Below are positions 41,745-56,847 of a stretch of DNA of 64,000 nt, one piece after another; within the stretch, counting starts at the first letter, position 1, and each line of letters opens with the position of its first letter. The stretch comes from Eledone cirrhosa (lineage: Eukaryota). Both the position numbers and the translations under genes were made by a program. The DNA lies in assembly GCA_964016885.1 (NCBI GenBank), contig OZ024743.1:362700001-362764000 (forward strand). The letters are read 5' to 3'. The notes beneath the pieces were generated by a model, which worked only from the letters and a program-made list of their open reading frames with translations, was not told the origin of the DNA and ran no database searches.

Positions 41745-44700
41745 ATAGAGAGACAGTGACGTCCGAAGGAGTATCTTCCACCTCTAACTAACTTACCTCT
41801 GGGTCCCGGCCGACAGAATGGAGAATACATTGGAGAACTGTGATGGAGACGCGCTGGAACAGCCACTCCACCTCGCAGGGCTCGGACCTGCGGGCGGCTA
41901 ACTCTGCTCCGATAGCAGCGAGCAGCGACGTAGTCCGAAGGCCCGGAACGCCGTGGAGACACTGCTACAGGCTCTATCACAAACCTATCAGAGAGGGACC
42001 GATACTTGGACAGTTTACGCTCTTCGACCTGGTGGGCAGCAAAGCCTGGGCTGGTAGCCGAACGCACCAGGTTTACACTAGAGAAGGTGTCGCAGTATGT
42101 AACATCCCTGAAGAGGAGCCTAACCCCACAGAACTGGAAAAGTGTCATGTCGTCTGTCAATTTGTCATCCTTAACGTCCAGCCCCGCTGGCTCGAGTTGA
42201 GAAGGGAAGCCTGCGCTGTTCAGGCCATGCTTTATGATTTCGTTGAGAGCAGCATGGCGTCGGAGGTGGTCAGTACTGGAACTGCATAACGGGGTGGAGA
42301 CCGAAAGGATCCATTGTGGTACCGCAGAAGTATTTTTGAGGCTCACAGAAGCAGAGGCCGAGCCTCAGGTAAACACCAATGCGCAAGCAGTCACTGTCCA
42401 GCTAAGTGCCAGTTGCAAATGATGGAACTGCGTTGAGCCAGACAACACAGTGTGGTTGGGAGGCCTAGCAGAAATATACCAGACGGTGCTTGTCAAGTCG
42501 GCGCAACAGTTCGTCTGTAATCATGCTGCAAAAGATGATGTCCTATTTGTGTGTGTGTGGGGTGGGGGGGGGGGTACTGGACGTTCAAGGAAGGGAGATG
42601 AGAATAAACGTTCACAGAACGGAGGTTAGCTGGTTCCATGACTTGTAGGCCGCTTCGTGCTTCTCAATCCCACAAAGATCAGTTATGTTATGGAGAACCC
42701 TGTTGATGGGCACATGGCAAGAGGTCACCGACGAAAGGAAAACAGGCGAGGCCAGTGACACAACAGACCGGAAACTGAGGTCGGCATATTGGAAGGGTAA
42801 GGTGACCTACTGCCATCTGGTGTCATCAAACCAGGCGTTGCATATCTCCTCAGCAGCCCGTCGGATGCAGACATTGAGATCTGGGAGGAGAGATGCTTGA
42901 TTGTTTGCAGGGGTTACTGTGGAAGTTGTATAACAGTTTCGGCATGGTGAGGAGTGCCGAGTGGACATCAATCAGGCTCAATCTATTCATCAGGGTTTCT
43001 AGCTAGCGTTGTCTGAATCTGAGGATAGAGGTAATAGCACGCGAGAGGATCGACGAACCGACGATAAAGACGTCTTTCTTAGGGCTCACCTACAACTGAT
43101 GGAGTGATGATACGAGACGGAGGCTGCGAAGCCCTCTGCATCGTAATTGACGTTCACGGCTTCCGACTTGAACGAGTTGATATTGATACCGAACCTGGCC
43201 AGAGCGAGAACTACTGATTGGAGATCCCGATAGACACTCTCTGTGGGTACGCCTATCGTCGCATCGTCCAGGTATCAGAGGTTAAGAGGAGTGATGATGC
43301 TCCGTGCAACGCTGTCGATCCCGAGAGCGAAGAGAAGGGACCCAATGAATATCCCTGTTGGATGGCGGTTTAGAATGGTATTATCTTGTCCGCAGTGAGG
43401 AGCATACTCGGAGACCCGTATAACAGGTAGGTCTGTAGGTAGGATAACGGAGCACGTCTTAGGCAAGCCGCGAGATTGTGGTCGTGGTGAAGACAGTTGA
43501 AGGCGTTTCTCATGTCGAGCTTGACGATGAGATGCCTGGGATCACTCGGCACTGACTCGGGAGGAAAATTGTTTAGCGGCTAGGGCAGTCCCTCGCACGC
43601 TGGCCACGCCAACCTCCAGCTGCATTGGGCTGTGTCTTTCGCCTAGCTCATATACAACAATCATGCAAATGATCTTGGCAGCGAACCCCCGGAATATGTT
43701 TCCTACCGTGATGGAGCGTATTCCACCGTCTTTCTTCCTGAGAGCAGTGAAGCGGACCGAAAAGATGAGGCCTCGGGAACAAGTGTCTAGGGTGCTGTGA
43801 ATTAACCTGTTGGCGAGAGCCACAATGGTATTAAGCAGCGGAGACCGGCTTCGGCAGTGAGCGGGCAGACTGCATATGAGGTAACCGGGTCGGAGATCGT
43901 CGGTGCCTCCGCTGCTGCAGGCTGGGAAAGACCTGAAAGCAAAGATGATGTTCCTCTCGGAAGCCACGCAAAGTGGTTGAGGGTCAGGTGGGTGTATGTA
44001 TCTTAGGTCGGTGGGTAGAGGACGGTGTTATCAAAGGCAACTACTCTGACGGCAGCCGAGATATTACCCTCGATAAGTTTGGTGTTTACGATGTCGCTTA
44101 AAAGCTTTGAGCTAGCATGAAGGGTGGGGGACTGCGGGCACCCTAATGAGTGAATGTGGCCTGTTCAGGCACACTGCGAATGGGCATCTGCCTGAAAGTC
44201 GAAATGTTGGCCTTGACCAGAGCTGCTGTCGAGAAGCCGCCACGTTCGGCACCAGAGTTAACAAGGTTGAGGGTGAGTGGAGCGAAATAAAACAATCATT
44301 CCCAATCGCTGTGCCGATCGGAGACCAAATTTTTGCAGACTGAGGCCGAGCTGTGTTCGGGATCATGAGTGGGATGTTGCGAAGTCGTCTGAGCCGAGCG
44401 ATGTTGACTAGTGAAAATTGGGCGTCAGACAGACATGCAGTGTCATCTGGGAGTGTGATGTGGGACTGCATCTTCTGTATCTTCGAATTGAGAGTCCAAG
44501 GCTTGACGTGTCAGGCCAAAACAAGATAGATGATGGAAACTATCACATGCTGAATAATTCCGGCCTCTCTTCCACGTGTTGATTGTGGTGCATGGGCTGC
44601 AGATAGCTCCCTGTGAGGGTGAATGTGGTGGCAGGCAATCGGGTATTGGAGCGCTGTTCAGCAGCGTTCGAGATGGGATACTGATTGGCATTTTGAAAGT

Positions 44701-44900
44701 GGGTGGGGGATGGGTTTGCAATGCGGATGTGGTGACGGCTGCGGGTTTGCGAAGGGAAGAGTTTTTGATCAGTGTAGGAAAGGACTTCGTTTGCGCGCGC
44801 GCGCGCGTGTCTATGTATGTATGTGTGTGTGTGAAGAAGAAGAAGAAGACCAAGAAGAACAAGAACAAGAACAAGAAGAAGAAGGAGGGGGAGGAGGAGG
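41745..44900 (-). mobile_element. Degraded CRE-like non-LTR retrotransposon (RT + restriction-like endonuclease)
   Basis: SSGGTDDLRPG, ALRKKDGGIRSITVG, VKLDMRNAFN, YLDDATIG, RHAALNEII...LEPAGLD..D.K..D..TL...DVT..DT; Cys/His cluster upstream. Confidence 0.8.
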
Positions 44901-45856
44901 AAAGTGTGCAAAAATGTAATTCAAAGGATCAGCTTGTTCCAATTTGACGCACTGATTCTGCCTGAGATTACGATAAAGGTGCGAGTATACGTATGTATGG
45001 AATGCCCAGTCATTTACCTGTCACTTTCATGAGGAGATAAATCACCTCCATCCTTTTAAGAAAATGAGTCTTAAAATCCTGGAAAACTGTAAGTCCGGTA
45101 TTGAAAAAAAACAAGGAGTTGACGCTTCAAATTCACTTTACTCTCTTTTCACTTTACTCCATTTTTCAAATCAAACGGTTCGACGGCTGCATACAATATT
45201 TGAATTATATTTAAACATTGTATGCAATACCATTGAACATGTAACGATATATGCGAAAATGTAAACAAATATTTATATTCCAGACAGAAATGTTAATTTT
45301 TTATTTCTATATACACTTTTATATAAATGTCTTCTGGTAGATTTTGTATTTCGCTCAATATCTTATATGAACTTTCTGTTTTATCGCCGCAATGAAATTC
45401 AGTTTCTACAATTTCATATAGAGTTATGCTGCTATAATTTCAGGCTATTTCGTACTATTCCATTCTGATTTCAAGTATTTCTCGACATTATATTTTCATC
45501 TGTAAAGCCTAACCTTCACAAAAATTATTTCGTTCCGAAGTTATATCTAAATATATACAAATGATGTGGGAATGAGAAGTTCATATATAGCTGTCAAAGT
45601 GGCAAACAAGTCAAGTCTGGTAGCAAGATTTGCGAAAAATAGAACAATCTGTCAACTGTTAAGAATTAGCACAGATTAAAAGTTTAAGCATATAATTTTT
45701 GCTTTCACACTAAGTGGGATTATCTAAAAACATTATACAAAACAGTGAAACATAAAATCGCAAAATGCCTTTCGTGACAAAGCTAAAACACTCTTTCGTC
45801 TCTAACCTATATCCAATTTAAACCAAAAATATTATTAAATGTCCTTCCTTTTACTT

Positions 45857-46079
45857 GTCTTTCCAAGAGATGGCAACATGAATGGACCTATTATTTTTAT
45901 CTACAGACATTTTTTTTGCAATTCCACCCCACCCTTCCCTTCAATCTATCTAATTTCTTATTCTTTCTTCTGATGAAGGACTAGCGTCCGAAACGTTAAG
46001 ACCCTCTTCCTGCTATTTCAAGCGTTAACCTAATATATTCCTCCCATATACTGTACCGATTGTGTTGTTATTTCTGTTT

Positions 46080-46084
<5 letters not shown>
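45857..46084 (+). mobile_element. HHR mini-element family A, copy 4 (HHR 45966-46001)
   Basis: Intact tcttCTGATGAaggactagcgtccGAAAcgTTaaga; ends at (TA)n. Confidence 0.8.
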
Positions 46085-46153
<69 letters not shown>

Positions 46154-46305
46154 TAACAGATTAAAGTTTAAGCAAAGAATCGCTGCTTTCACCCTTAACG
46201 GGATCTTCTGAAACTGAAAAAGTCAATCTGTAAACGCAGAAGTGGATATTTCAAAAAACGTTGCAACCGGAGGAAGACAGGAAGACGATACTTTGGTTCG
46301 TGGAA

Positions 46306-46540
46306 ACGTTCCCTGGCAAAGAACGGGAAAAAAACGAATATAATACGTCATTAATAGGAGCGGTGAAAAACAATTACACGCAAAGACAGAACCACGTTTA
46401 TGGTATAAAAGAAGTCGTAGACTAATGTTCTCTGGCAATGAACGGAAAAAACGAAGATAATACGTCATATGTAGAGCGTGGAGAACAATTGCACGCAAAG
46501 ACAAAACCACGTAAATGGTATAACTGAAGTCGTAGACTAA
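46306..46540. repeat. ~119-bp tandem duplication
   Basis: gttc.ctggcaa.gaacgg...gaagtcgtagactaa twice. Confidence 0.7.
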
Positions 46541-47104
46541 AATTCTAACTAGGAAACCGAATGATTCTCCGCTTCAGAGTTAAGAATAAAGTAAATAAAA
46601 TACAGAGGTAATTGAAATTAAATAAATACATACACGCATCCAAATACGTACATACACAAGCATACGCAACAACACTCGCCACAGGTATACAAATACACGC
46701 ACATATAAATATGTGTGTGTGTGCGTGTATACAAATAATTAAATAAACGTATATAAATAAATAAATACGTATATAACAAGCGCACACACATACCTACATG
46801 TAAATACACAAATGTTCGGAGACGTACGTCAACCAAAACACGAAGTACACATATACACACACCCTACATACGTACGAACCCGCATACTCGCAAAGACGCA
46901 AAACTCACGTATACACATAACCAAAAGCATATGTACCAGAATATATAAAATATACGCCATAACACATATACGTACGAGAAAGTATACGTACCTTAACAAA
47001 ACATACAGGTAATATATACTTACCTATGTAAATAAGTAATGGTATAAACATAACATATACTTAACTACCACATCAAGACGTAAAATATCCGCGTATAGAT
47101 CGTA

Positions 47105-48080
47105 CTATCCGTTAGGGTATAATGTGGGGCTGTAATACAGGAAGGTTTTGTGAAATTTATGTTTACAAGCCGAAATTGCCTCAGATTTTGTGTTTAAGAT
47201 GTGGTCTGTGGCGTAGAGTATTTCCAGGGCCTCAGCGGCGCAGAGGTCACATGGTCTTTTATTTCCGTTATACGATCTAGCCCTAGCTAGGATCTCCCAG
47301 TGTAACTTATATTGGGTGTGGTTGTCTTTTAGACTCCAGATATAAGCTGAAAGTGACGTCATATTTCTTCTTAGAGGGTAACGAAAAGAATGGGTATGCA
47401 TGTAAAGACGCTGCTTGAATCTATTGGCGGTTAACCCTATGTAGGCCCTACGGGACGTGGGTGTTTAAACCTTACATTTGTAGACAATGTTACTAGAGAG
47501 GCATTTCCCAGATAGGGGGCAATCAACCCGATTCCTACAATTACAGTTAGTACTAACTACAGGGTTGCACGTGTTCCTACGGCTAGGTAGTTTAGCTAAA
47601 TTTGAAGCTGTGATGTTATGTGCAAGGTTAGGAGTCGTAGAGTAAGAAATTTTAATAGTATTTCTATTAAACACTTTACTATATTTATGTGTAGGGGGAA
47701 AATGCTTCGTAATAAGGGATAGAAAGATCTTAGCTAATGGTGTTGCCACCTTCATATTATATGGTGCGTTATACCATATAATGCGACGGGATCTATTACT
47801 TCTAGGTCTATTCTCGTACTCTGTATATGCTACCTTATCGACAAATCCACTCCGAGCAAGAGTTCATTGTAATATGTGGAATGGTCGTTGAAAATATGCT
47901 CGTTAGTAGATAGGCGGGAAAGCCTCAACGAAACGTTTCTTACCAGGTTCTTGATTATGCTGGCAGGATGGTTGGAATGCTTACTTATGTAATTAAGCGT
48001 ATCATTCGGCTTTCTATACGGGTAATACAAGCCATTCGATAAATTGAGGGTAACGTCGAGGTAATTAACGACCAAGAGGT
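47105..48080 (-). pseudogene. 5'-truncated PLE (RT thumb + GIY-YIG), related to 56848-59016
   Basis: NYLDVTLNL, SNHP, WYNAPY, CNCRNRVDCPLSGKC, YIGLTA, CDLCAAE, LNTKSEAISACKH; begins at (TA)n. Confidence 0.88.
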
Positions 48081-48329
48081 TGGCCTATTACTATATATAT
48101 ATATATATTTAAACAAAATTACAATTGAATTTCTCGCTCTAGCATAGCAAATTACATAAATGTAAGTATGGGTTGTATCGAATAATAATAATATTCGATT
48201 CGTTTGCAAGCAAACAGCCTTACTAAGCTCCATCCGTTTGTTCCATAGTAGCATTGAGGAACAATTAACATGTTTCTGGGTCATTACCCTTGATCAGGAC
48301 TGTATACATCTCTGCTACTCGATTGAACT

Positions 48330-48700
48330 GTTGAAAATATATAGTATTTTCTAAAGTATGCATCGGCTGGCTAACCTCATTTGCATACAGAGCGATTTTA
48401 GTTTTTGTGTTGACTCGTAACGGGCTCTTCTCAGCGTTCAGCTGCAAGGAGGTTGTTAGCTCCTTCAGGTTCGTAGTCCTTTGAGGCCTGTGTTGATTAT
48501 CGCAGGCACATTAAATTCCTCGAACAGTTTCACTAGCGTTGTCTACGTGACATTCTCGGAGTTCACTGTAATACACACACAGCAGACATTGAAATATTAC
48601 AAAATGCAGGTGCAGTCAGCATTGAAACTCACATCCAAAAGACCGACACCGATGGGTAGGCCATATTGTTAGATCTAACGACAGCAGAATCCCAAAGCAA
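48330..48700 (-). pseudogene. Possible very old LINE RT remnant
   Basis: NLKELTTSLQLNAEKSPLRVNTKTK resembles the RT GL.IN..KTK region. Confidence 0.3.
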
Positions 48701-49203
48701 GTCCTTTATGGTGAGTTAATTCTTCGTGTAAGAACATAGCACAAACCAAAACTGCGTTTCAAGCATTGCGTCAAACATTCCTTAACGTAATGCAAAATTT
48801 CCCCATCCCGCTGGAAGGGCATGGAATGAGATAGAAACAATGGTGCACCAGTATATCTAATGGTGTAAAACATTTTCAAGATATCTGCTACAAAATGTGC
48901 TAGCATGAGCGTGCAGCTAATAAAGGCCAGCATGTGGTGACCTCTCTACCTCAGTTTTTATGCAAAATATGTAGCCGAATATACCTGTCAAAAGCTGGCT
49001 ATACAAGTCACGTACGTAAGCATGCAGAGATGTCATATACATTTTCCATCCAAAGTTAACAAAGTTATAAAATTGTGACATCATGAACCAATCGACCAAG
49101 TGTATGTGGCCATAGTTTATAGCCACAACATCGATAAATACGAAGTTGTACGAGACTATATATATTTGTTATAGATCCATCTTACTGTCTCTCGCTCTCT
49201 CTC

Positions 49204-49236
<33 letters not shown>

Positions 49237-49582
49237 ACAAACAAGTTTATCATTGGAAAAATCAACTTTTTTCATTAAGAAACCCATAGATGTGGCAATT
49301 ACATATCATTATAATTCTCTTCCTTCGAGTATTGTTTGTAAAGTTCTACCTTTGTTATATATATATATATATAGTTGTATAGTTGCATGAAAAATGCGTC
49401 CGTAGGCGGTATGCCGGTTGAGCACTCGATGCTCGCACAGAGCAGAGTATAATACTATAAGGATAAGGAACAAGGATTCAGCGTTGCATCATGACATATT
49501 TAATAACCTATTACATATGTTTCACTATCGATCAGCTCGAGGTAAAACCTATTATAGATCGAACCTGACTCTGTGACCCAAA

Positions 49583-49638
<56 letters not shown>

Positions 49639-49641
<3 letters not shown>

Positions 49642-49911
49642 GTTTAAATAGCTTGACAAATCGAACATTGTGGTAGGCGAAACCAACACACAATACATAC
49701 CAAAGCAACGATAGAACTAATCAGGTTGAGAAAAGTACACCTGTGTACGCAGGTGTACTTTCGCTTACCACAATGTTCGATTTGTCAAGCTATTTAAACG
49801 TATGTTATTACTCTGAGGTCCTATCTTATCGAGTGCTTTGCTAACTCATCATTTCATATAAGTAGGCCGAATTTACTTGCAAACCGCCAGAGATTCGATT
49901 TTACTGATTTC

Positions 49912-49915
<4 letters not shown>
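49639..49915. mobile_element. TA-flanked fold-back mini-element
   Basis: 49639-49682 is the reverse complement of 49758-49802; minus-strand GAAA-gtacacctg..caggtgtac-TT half HHR. Confidence 0.55.
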
Positions 49916-50409
<494 letters not shown>

Positions 50410-50411
50410 AC

Positions 50412-50679
50412 CAGTGGCGAAAGGTAACCTGGAAAGCAGGGCATTCAGTCCAATCGCCATGGCGGAAGGTGGGGCTGTGCAGCCTTACCCCCCACCCCCG
50501 GTCAAAGCCGCATGCAGTGTTATCTAGTGTGTCTGTGTGTGTGTGTGTGTTATCTTTTTATGTGTCTACGGTTTAGTAAGCCGCCAAAATTCTGCTTGCT
50601 TCAACCGACGCAATTGATCAACTCAAGATTCTATAACGCATGCACTGCATGCGTTGCATGGACGTACCCTTCGCCTCTG
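50412..50679. mobile_element. Unexpanded copy of the hAT-type MITE
   Basis: CAGtggcgaaaggta...tacccttcgcctCTG; one copy of the satellite unit; no clean TSD. Confidence 0.85.
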
Positions 50680-50928
50680 TGAACCTCTCAAAATTCGTTG
50701 GATTTTCTGATTGGACTTTCAGCTCGAAACTGGATACCAGCCCGGAGTACACCGGAACATCCACCAGGAAATCTTTCGTATCTTTGAAATTTTGTTTGCT
50801 TCTTATATATATATATATATATATATATATAATCATAAGATTACGAGCTTAGGATCCGCTAAGGTGAAACAATTGTTCTCGGTATGGTGAACTAACTGTT
50901 GTGTAACCACTTCTATATATATATATAT

Positions 50929-51304
50929 AAGAAAAGAATCCCAGTCACTGTCCTACGCGATCTTGTTTTTGTGTGTGAACACACACAAAAACAAGATGGC
51001 GTAGGACAGAACAAAGGAGAGGCGCAAAACAAAGAAAAGAATCCCCAGTCACTGAAGAGGTCACAGAATGTGTGACGAAAGAACTTTGACAATATATAAA
51101 CAACCGTCCGGTTGTGGAACCAACCAACCAACCGGAAATTTATAAATTTTTTTGAAAAAACTTTTTAATTTATAATAAATTGGAGTGAAAGCAACTGGTG
51201 CGTGTGTTTCTTATTGGCAACATTTACCCTCCCAAAGTCTAACAATATCGGCTTCAACACACGTTTTCAGATAAAGAATCTTGCTAAACACATTCAGAAG
51301 AAAC

Positions 51305-51308
<4 letters not shown>
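50929..51308 (+). mobile_element. HHR mini-element family B (HHR 51048-51090)
   Basis: gtca-CTGAAGA-g-gtcac agaatgt gtgac-GAAA-gaac-TT-tgac; 5' fold-back 50949-51009; also at 62572-62915 and 63142-63488. Confidence 0.75.
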
Positions 51309-51357
<49 letters not shown>

Positions 51358-51896
51358 GTATCTATTATGTAATAGATGCCATATATCATCAACCGTTAAG
51401 TAGTGTCATATAACAGATGGTTTTCATTCCATCATATTGGTTGATTTTCGTTCATCCTCTTGACCATTCTATTTTTGGTTAAAGGTTAATTCGACCGTAT
51501 ACAGTTTTAGAGATGGTGTATATTGGAGTATGATGCCGGCAGTTCAAAGAACCGTCAGTACTTTAGGTATCTGCATAAAAAAAGAAGACAGTCTGATCGA
51601 ACCTAAATATGAGGTCTGATAGTATACAGTTATATAACTGCTATAAATCAGACAATATGTCAATATGATCAACCCTCCGAAACGATCGTAAAACAATGAT
51701 ATGAATAGGTAAAAATAACACGACTTTGTTGTTATTATTTTAATTGTTAAATTAACACCTAATATCTGACTCTGTATCTAAAGAATTAACTCAGCGAAAC
51801 ACGGAACCTTTCGATGGATTTCACTGGATTACGCGCCATCAGATTATATTCAGTTTTATCTACGGTACGGACCCTAGCACCAAGGGTTGACCACAA

Positions 51897-52544
<648 letters not shown>

Positions 52545-53444
52545 CATTTCATTAATAAATATAATTATATATACGTAATTATAAATAAGTATACTTGAAT
52601 AAAAATAGAACAGTTACTTATCTTAAGTGGGAAGAGGCGCTTCCATCCCACCCTCAAACAAAAGGCGTTACAGATAAGATATGAAATACTTGTAACATGA
52701 AACGATCACTTGTACGTTGTGCTTTGTAACACGAGTGAATATCTCTGAACACAGTTCGTATTTGACCTTGATCTAGCAGCAAGTCACGCTGTGTGCTAGC
52801 TATCCACGGTACTTTTCCATCCTTTGTCTTCCTATTACTTTGTAACCTAAAATTCATGATAGCTATCTATGGTAAAGTGATAAAATTGAAATACAACATT
52901 AACACTTTGTAACATAATCTATTACTAGTGAGTAACCTAGTGCCACAGTTTTCTCTTTTCGTTACAGAATTTTACAGACAGCAATGAATAGAAATAAATG
53001 TGTTTGCTTTCTTTTTCCTTATTTATTTATTTATTTACTTATTTATTCACTTATTTATTTTGCTTTTATTGTTTGAGTTCATTGCTTTTGTAATGTTAAG
53101 GAAAAATACAAAGGATTCAACGGCACATAATTTCATGTATATATATATTTGTGTGTGTGTGCGCGCGCGCGCTCACGAGTGTATATAAGTGACCCTACAG
53201 GAAAAGAAGAAAAGTGCATGAGTACTATACAATGCAATGATGGTATGATAGCATGAGGCTTAATAGAGCTGAGAAAAAAACCTTAGTGTTTCGGAAGAAC
53301 GAAATAGGGAGAAAAAAGGATGTTTGGGTTTGGGAGAGAGAGAAAAAGAAAAAAGGGGGCAAAAGAGAGTAAAAACAAAATAACATAACAAGGAAAATGA
53401 GTTACATTTTCGTATGAGTTACAGCATTTGTTACACATATATAT

Positions 53445-53507
<63 letters not shown>

Positions 53508-53509
53508 CA

Positions 53510-54140
53510 ACAGCTAATCTAGCCGACACCATAGTATACACTAATAGGTCCAAAATACGCAAACACAAGCAAGCACCCCAAGCAACAACTAGCACAGTCC
53601 AAACAACACCGCATAGATAACACATAACAACGCTCAACTACATGCTAACTCCAACCGAAATCTGACCAACCGGCAACATAACCCCCAGGTGCAACTGCAA
53701 AAAGCCGGAGGAATGCCCACTGAGCGGGGAGTGCCTCATTAAGAACATTATGTACCAGTGCGATGTCACGGCCGGCCGAAATGAATACACCTATATAGGC
53801 ACGACCTCGACACTCTTTAAGGAGCGACTTTACAACCACAAAAGCTCCTTCAACCACAGACATAAACGCTCCCAAACCAGACTGGCAGATTTGATCTGGG
53901 ACCTCAAAAGATAAGAACCTGAAATACCAGATCAAATGGTCCGTTAGGAGACGCGTGGCCCCACCGGGGGAAGCCACGGCAGGTTGTGCCTAGCCGAACT
54001 GGCCGAGATCATTAAATCGGCCATAAATTTGAGATTGAAAATCCTAATAAACTGTAGACACACCAGGAAGAATACATTCTCCGCCTTGATATTCGGGCAG
54101 GGGCCACAGACTAAACATAACAACATAAACATAACATCGG
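53510..54140 (+). pseudogene. PLE GIY-YIG endonuclease remnant
   Basis: CNCKKPEECPLSGECLIKNIMYQC...TYIGTTSTLFKERLYNHKSSF...LIWDLK...LCLAE...NCRH. Confidence 0.8.
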
Positions 54141-55009
54141 AATAACTACCACTGTTTTCTCATATCTCATTTCTCATTTCATTGTCACTGTTATCCTTGT
54201 TAGTTTTTAATTTTTAATCTTTATTTTTATTTTTACTCCTGTAAAAGTTAGATTGCATCATTTATCATATCCCCCACCACTAAACATATCACCATGCATC
54301 CACTACTCTCAACCACACCAACACATACCACACACCCTTAAGGCACACACAAACCACCAGCACCATACACTTCACCACAGTCGATCCATCACCTCATTTT
54401 GTATCACTAATTTCACCACTGTTATTCAACATCACTTTGTAATCCTTAGCATACTTTCACCCTTCTCATATGTTTACTACCACCATTTAACCCCACACGA
54501 TATCATGTGCATGCAATGCCAACGCACGTACATCTACACCTGTTTCGTGTGTGCACACACGTGCCTATATGCATATATGTATGTACGTGTATGTACGTGT
54601 ATGTACGTGTATGTACGTGCATGTACGTGTATGTACGTAAGTATGGGTGCGTGAGTGTGTTTGTATGTATGTGCATATGTGTTCGCATGGACCTCTGCAC
54701 AGCCTTATGGTAGTACGGAGCCCCGGACTATGAGTACGCTTATCTCGTTAGCGTGTACACATGCGGAGACGCAGGCATATGTACGATACGTGCATGGGAC
54801 GCTGTGTCCGAAAATACATATAACTCGTATGATGTGTACGTGAGCCTGTGGTGCCTGGGTGGGAGTGCAAGATGAGCAGTAGGGAAACTTCACATCCCCT
54901 GCCACGCGCAGATGCATATAGTAATGTATGCCCGTCTGGCTCTATGTACCTTCCGCGTGTGCCTATGTTGGGAGAAATATAAGTATATATATATATATAT
55001 ATATATATA

Positions 55010-55365
55010 CATGGAAAAGAATGAAACGAAATTTCATTTCTCACTCTTAGTACGGCTGATACTTAAATATAAGTATGTATACGTACATACATATATGTAT
55101 ACAGACGTACAGTAGTATGTATATATATTCGTACATTCACACATATATATATATGTCAGTGTTGAACAAAAGGGCAACGAGGGTTGCCAAACACTGTACG
55201 GCTTAATTCGGGCTGTTTGTTTACAAACAAACCGAACATTATAATAAATGTTCGGTAAACCCATACGTACATATATATATGTGTGCATGTATGTATATAT
55301 ATATACATACTACTGTACGTCTGTATACATATATGTAAGTACGTATACATACTTAAATTTATATA
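55010..55365. repeat. TA-flanked element with ~65-bp inverted arms
   Basis: 55061-55127 is approximately the reverse complement of 55300-55361. Confidence 0.55.
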
Positions 55366-55369
55366 TATA

Positions 55370-55489
<120 letters not shown>

Positions 55490-56847
55490 CGATGGAAATG
55501 TGGTAAGGAACCAGGTGGACCATAACGCACCAAAGTACTCAATACTTAGGGTAGGAGAGTGGGTAATAGGAACGAGTAGGACTCCGACGGCTGAGCTCAA
55601 GCCGTTTCGACGGCTAATTCTGGACTAAACGAACATTTTTATCCTGGTATATGAATAGCCGAGCTTCTTAGGGGGTAATTCCATATATGGTAAAAGTGAT
55701 TGTCACAAGGATTGGTCAAAAGTTTGTTGTTGAGACACATAATTCTATCATGGCAATTTGTGGAAGGAAGGGGTAGCTGAACCTACCAGTAGAAGAAAGA
55801 GGGAGAGGGGGTGGAGGAAACCCAGTCGTGTGTTGATAGTGCCAACTACAGCAGGGCAGGAGGTCAAGGAAGTATACTAGGGAGGAGAAGGGGGAGGAAG
55901 TCGAAACAATAAGTAAAACAATATGGGGTAAATATATAGAAGAATACCGAGAATGTTAAAAAAACCAATTAAATATAAAAAAAACAAAAAAACAATTTCT
56001 AGTTACTATTCCCTAACGACAGCCATCAAGTCTCACACTGGTACTGCTAGACTATAGAAAAGTTTACTAGGTGGGACGGAATTATAATGAGACCCTTTTA
56101 AGAGGTAGTAGTAATCAACCGAGTATATCTTACGGTGACGGGTCAACAAGTGGGGGGCCAAAATACTAAAGAAACTACCACGAAATAATAATTCAGAGTC
56201 CCGAGACTAATACGAAATAATTGTTTCTACCCTAGGCACAAGGCCAGCAACTACCCAGTGCAAAAAGTAAACTAATACGAAATAATAATTCAGAATCCCG
56301 AAAAGGAATACTAATACTATCTCTAAGGGTGCCGCTACGATACAAAAATTCTAGTGCAAACTACATAAATGCTCCTACGAAGTATATGAAAACTTTGATA
56401 CGGAAAATTAATTCAGAATCCCCCCTCCCCTCCTCCCCTACCCCCCTACCCCCCAAAAATAAATACTGATATCCGAGAAATTAAAGCAAAGATACCACTA
56501 AGAAATGTAGAAAGCACGGAAAAGGGGCAGCCATCGGATAAGAAAGCAAATATCCGGGGTCTATCACATCTGCTATAAAAAGCAGAGTCGGCCAATTCTA
56601 TCATAGAATAGGGGAAGGGGTGGGGGTACTGAGGCTACAAAGGACCGAGGGGCTGCCTCGGGTGGGCGAGAAAGTGAAAAGGATGACGATAAAGAAAGAG
56701 GACTGGGGTGGAAGGACTAGGAAGGGATGGGGGAAGAAGGAAAAATAGAGGAAGTGATAAAAAGATATAAAAGAAGATCTTACGTCTACCTTTGCAAGCA
56801 GGGCTTACCCAATACAAAGTCGGCAAGTAGGGTGTTACAGCCCTTGT

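Noticed and set aside
51600-51700. Partial hammerhead (GAAACGATCGTA); similar halves at 22187-22220, 49510-49530 and 50840-50882
   Set aside because: 5' core or stems missing or degenerate; not counted
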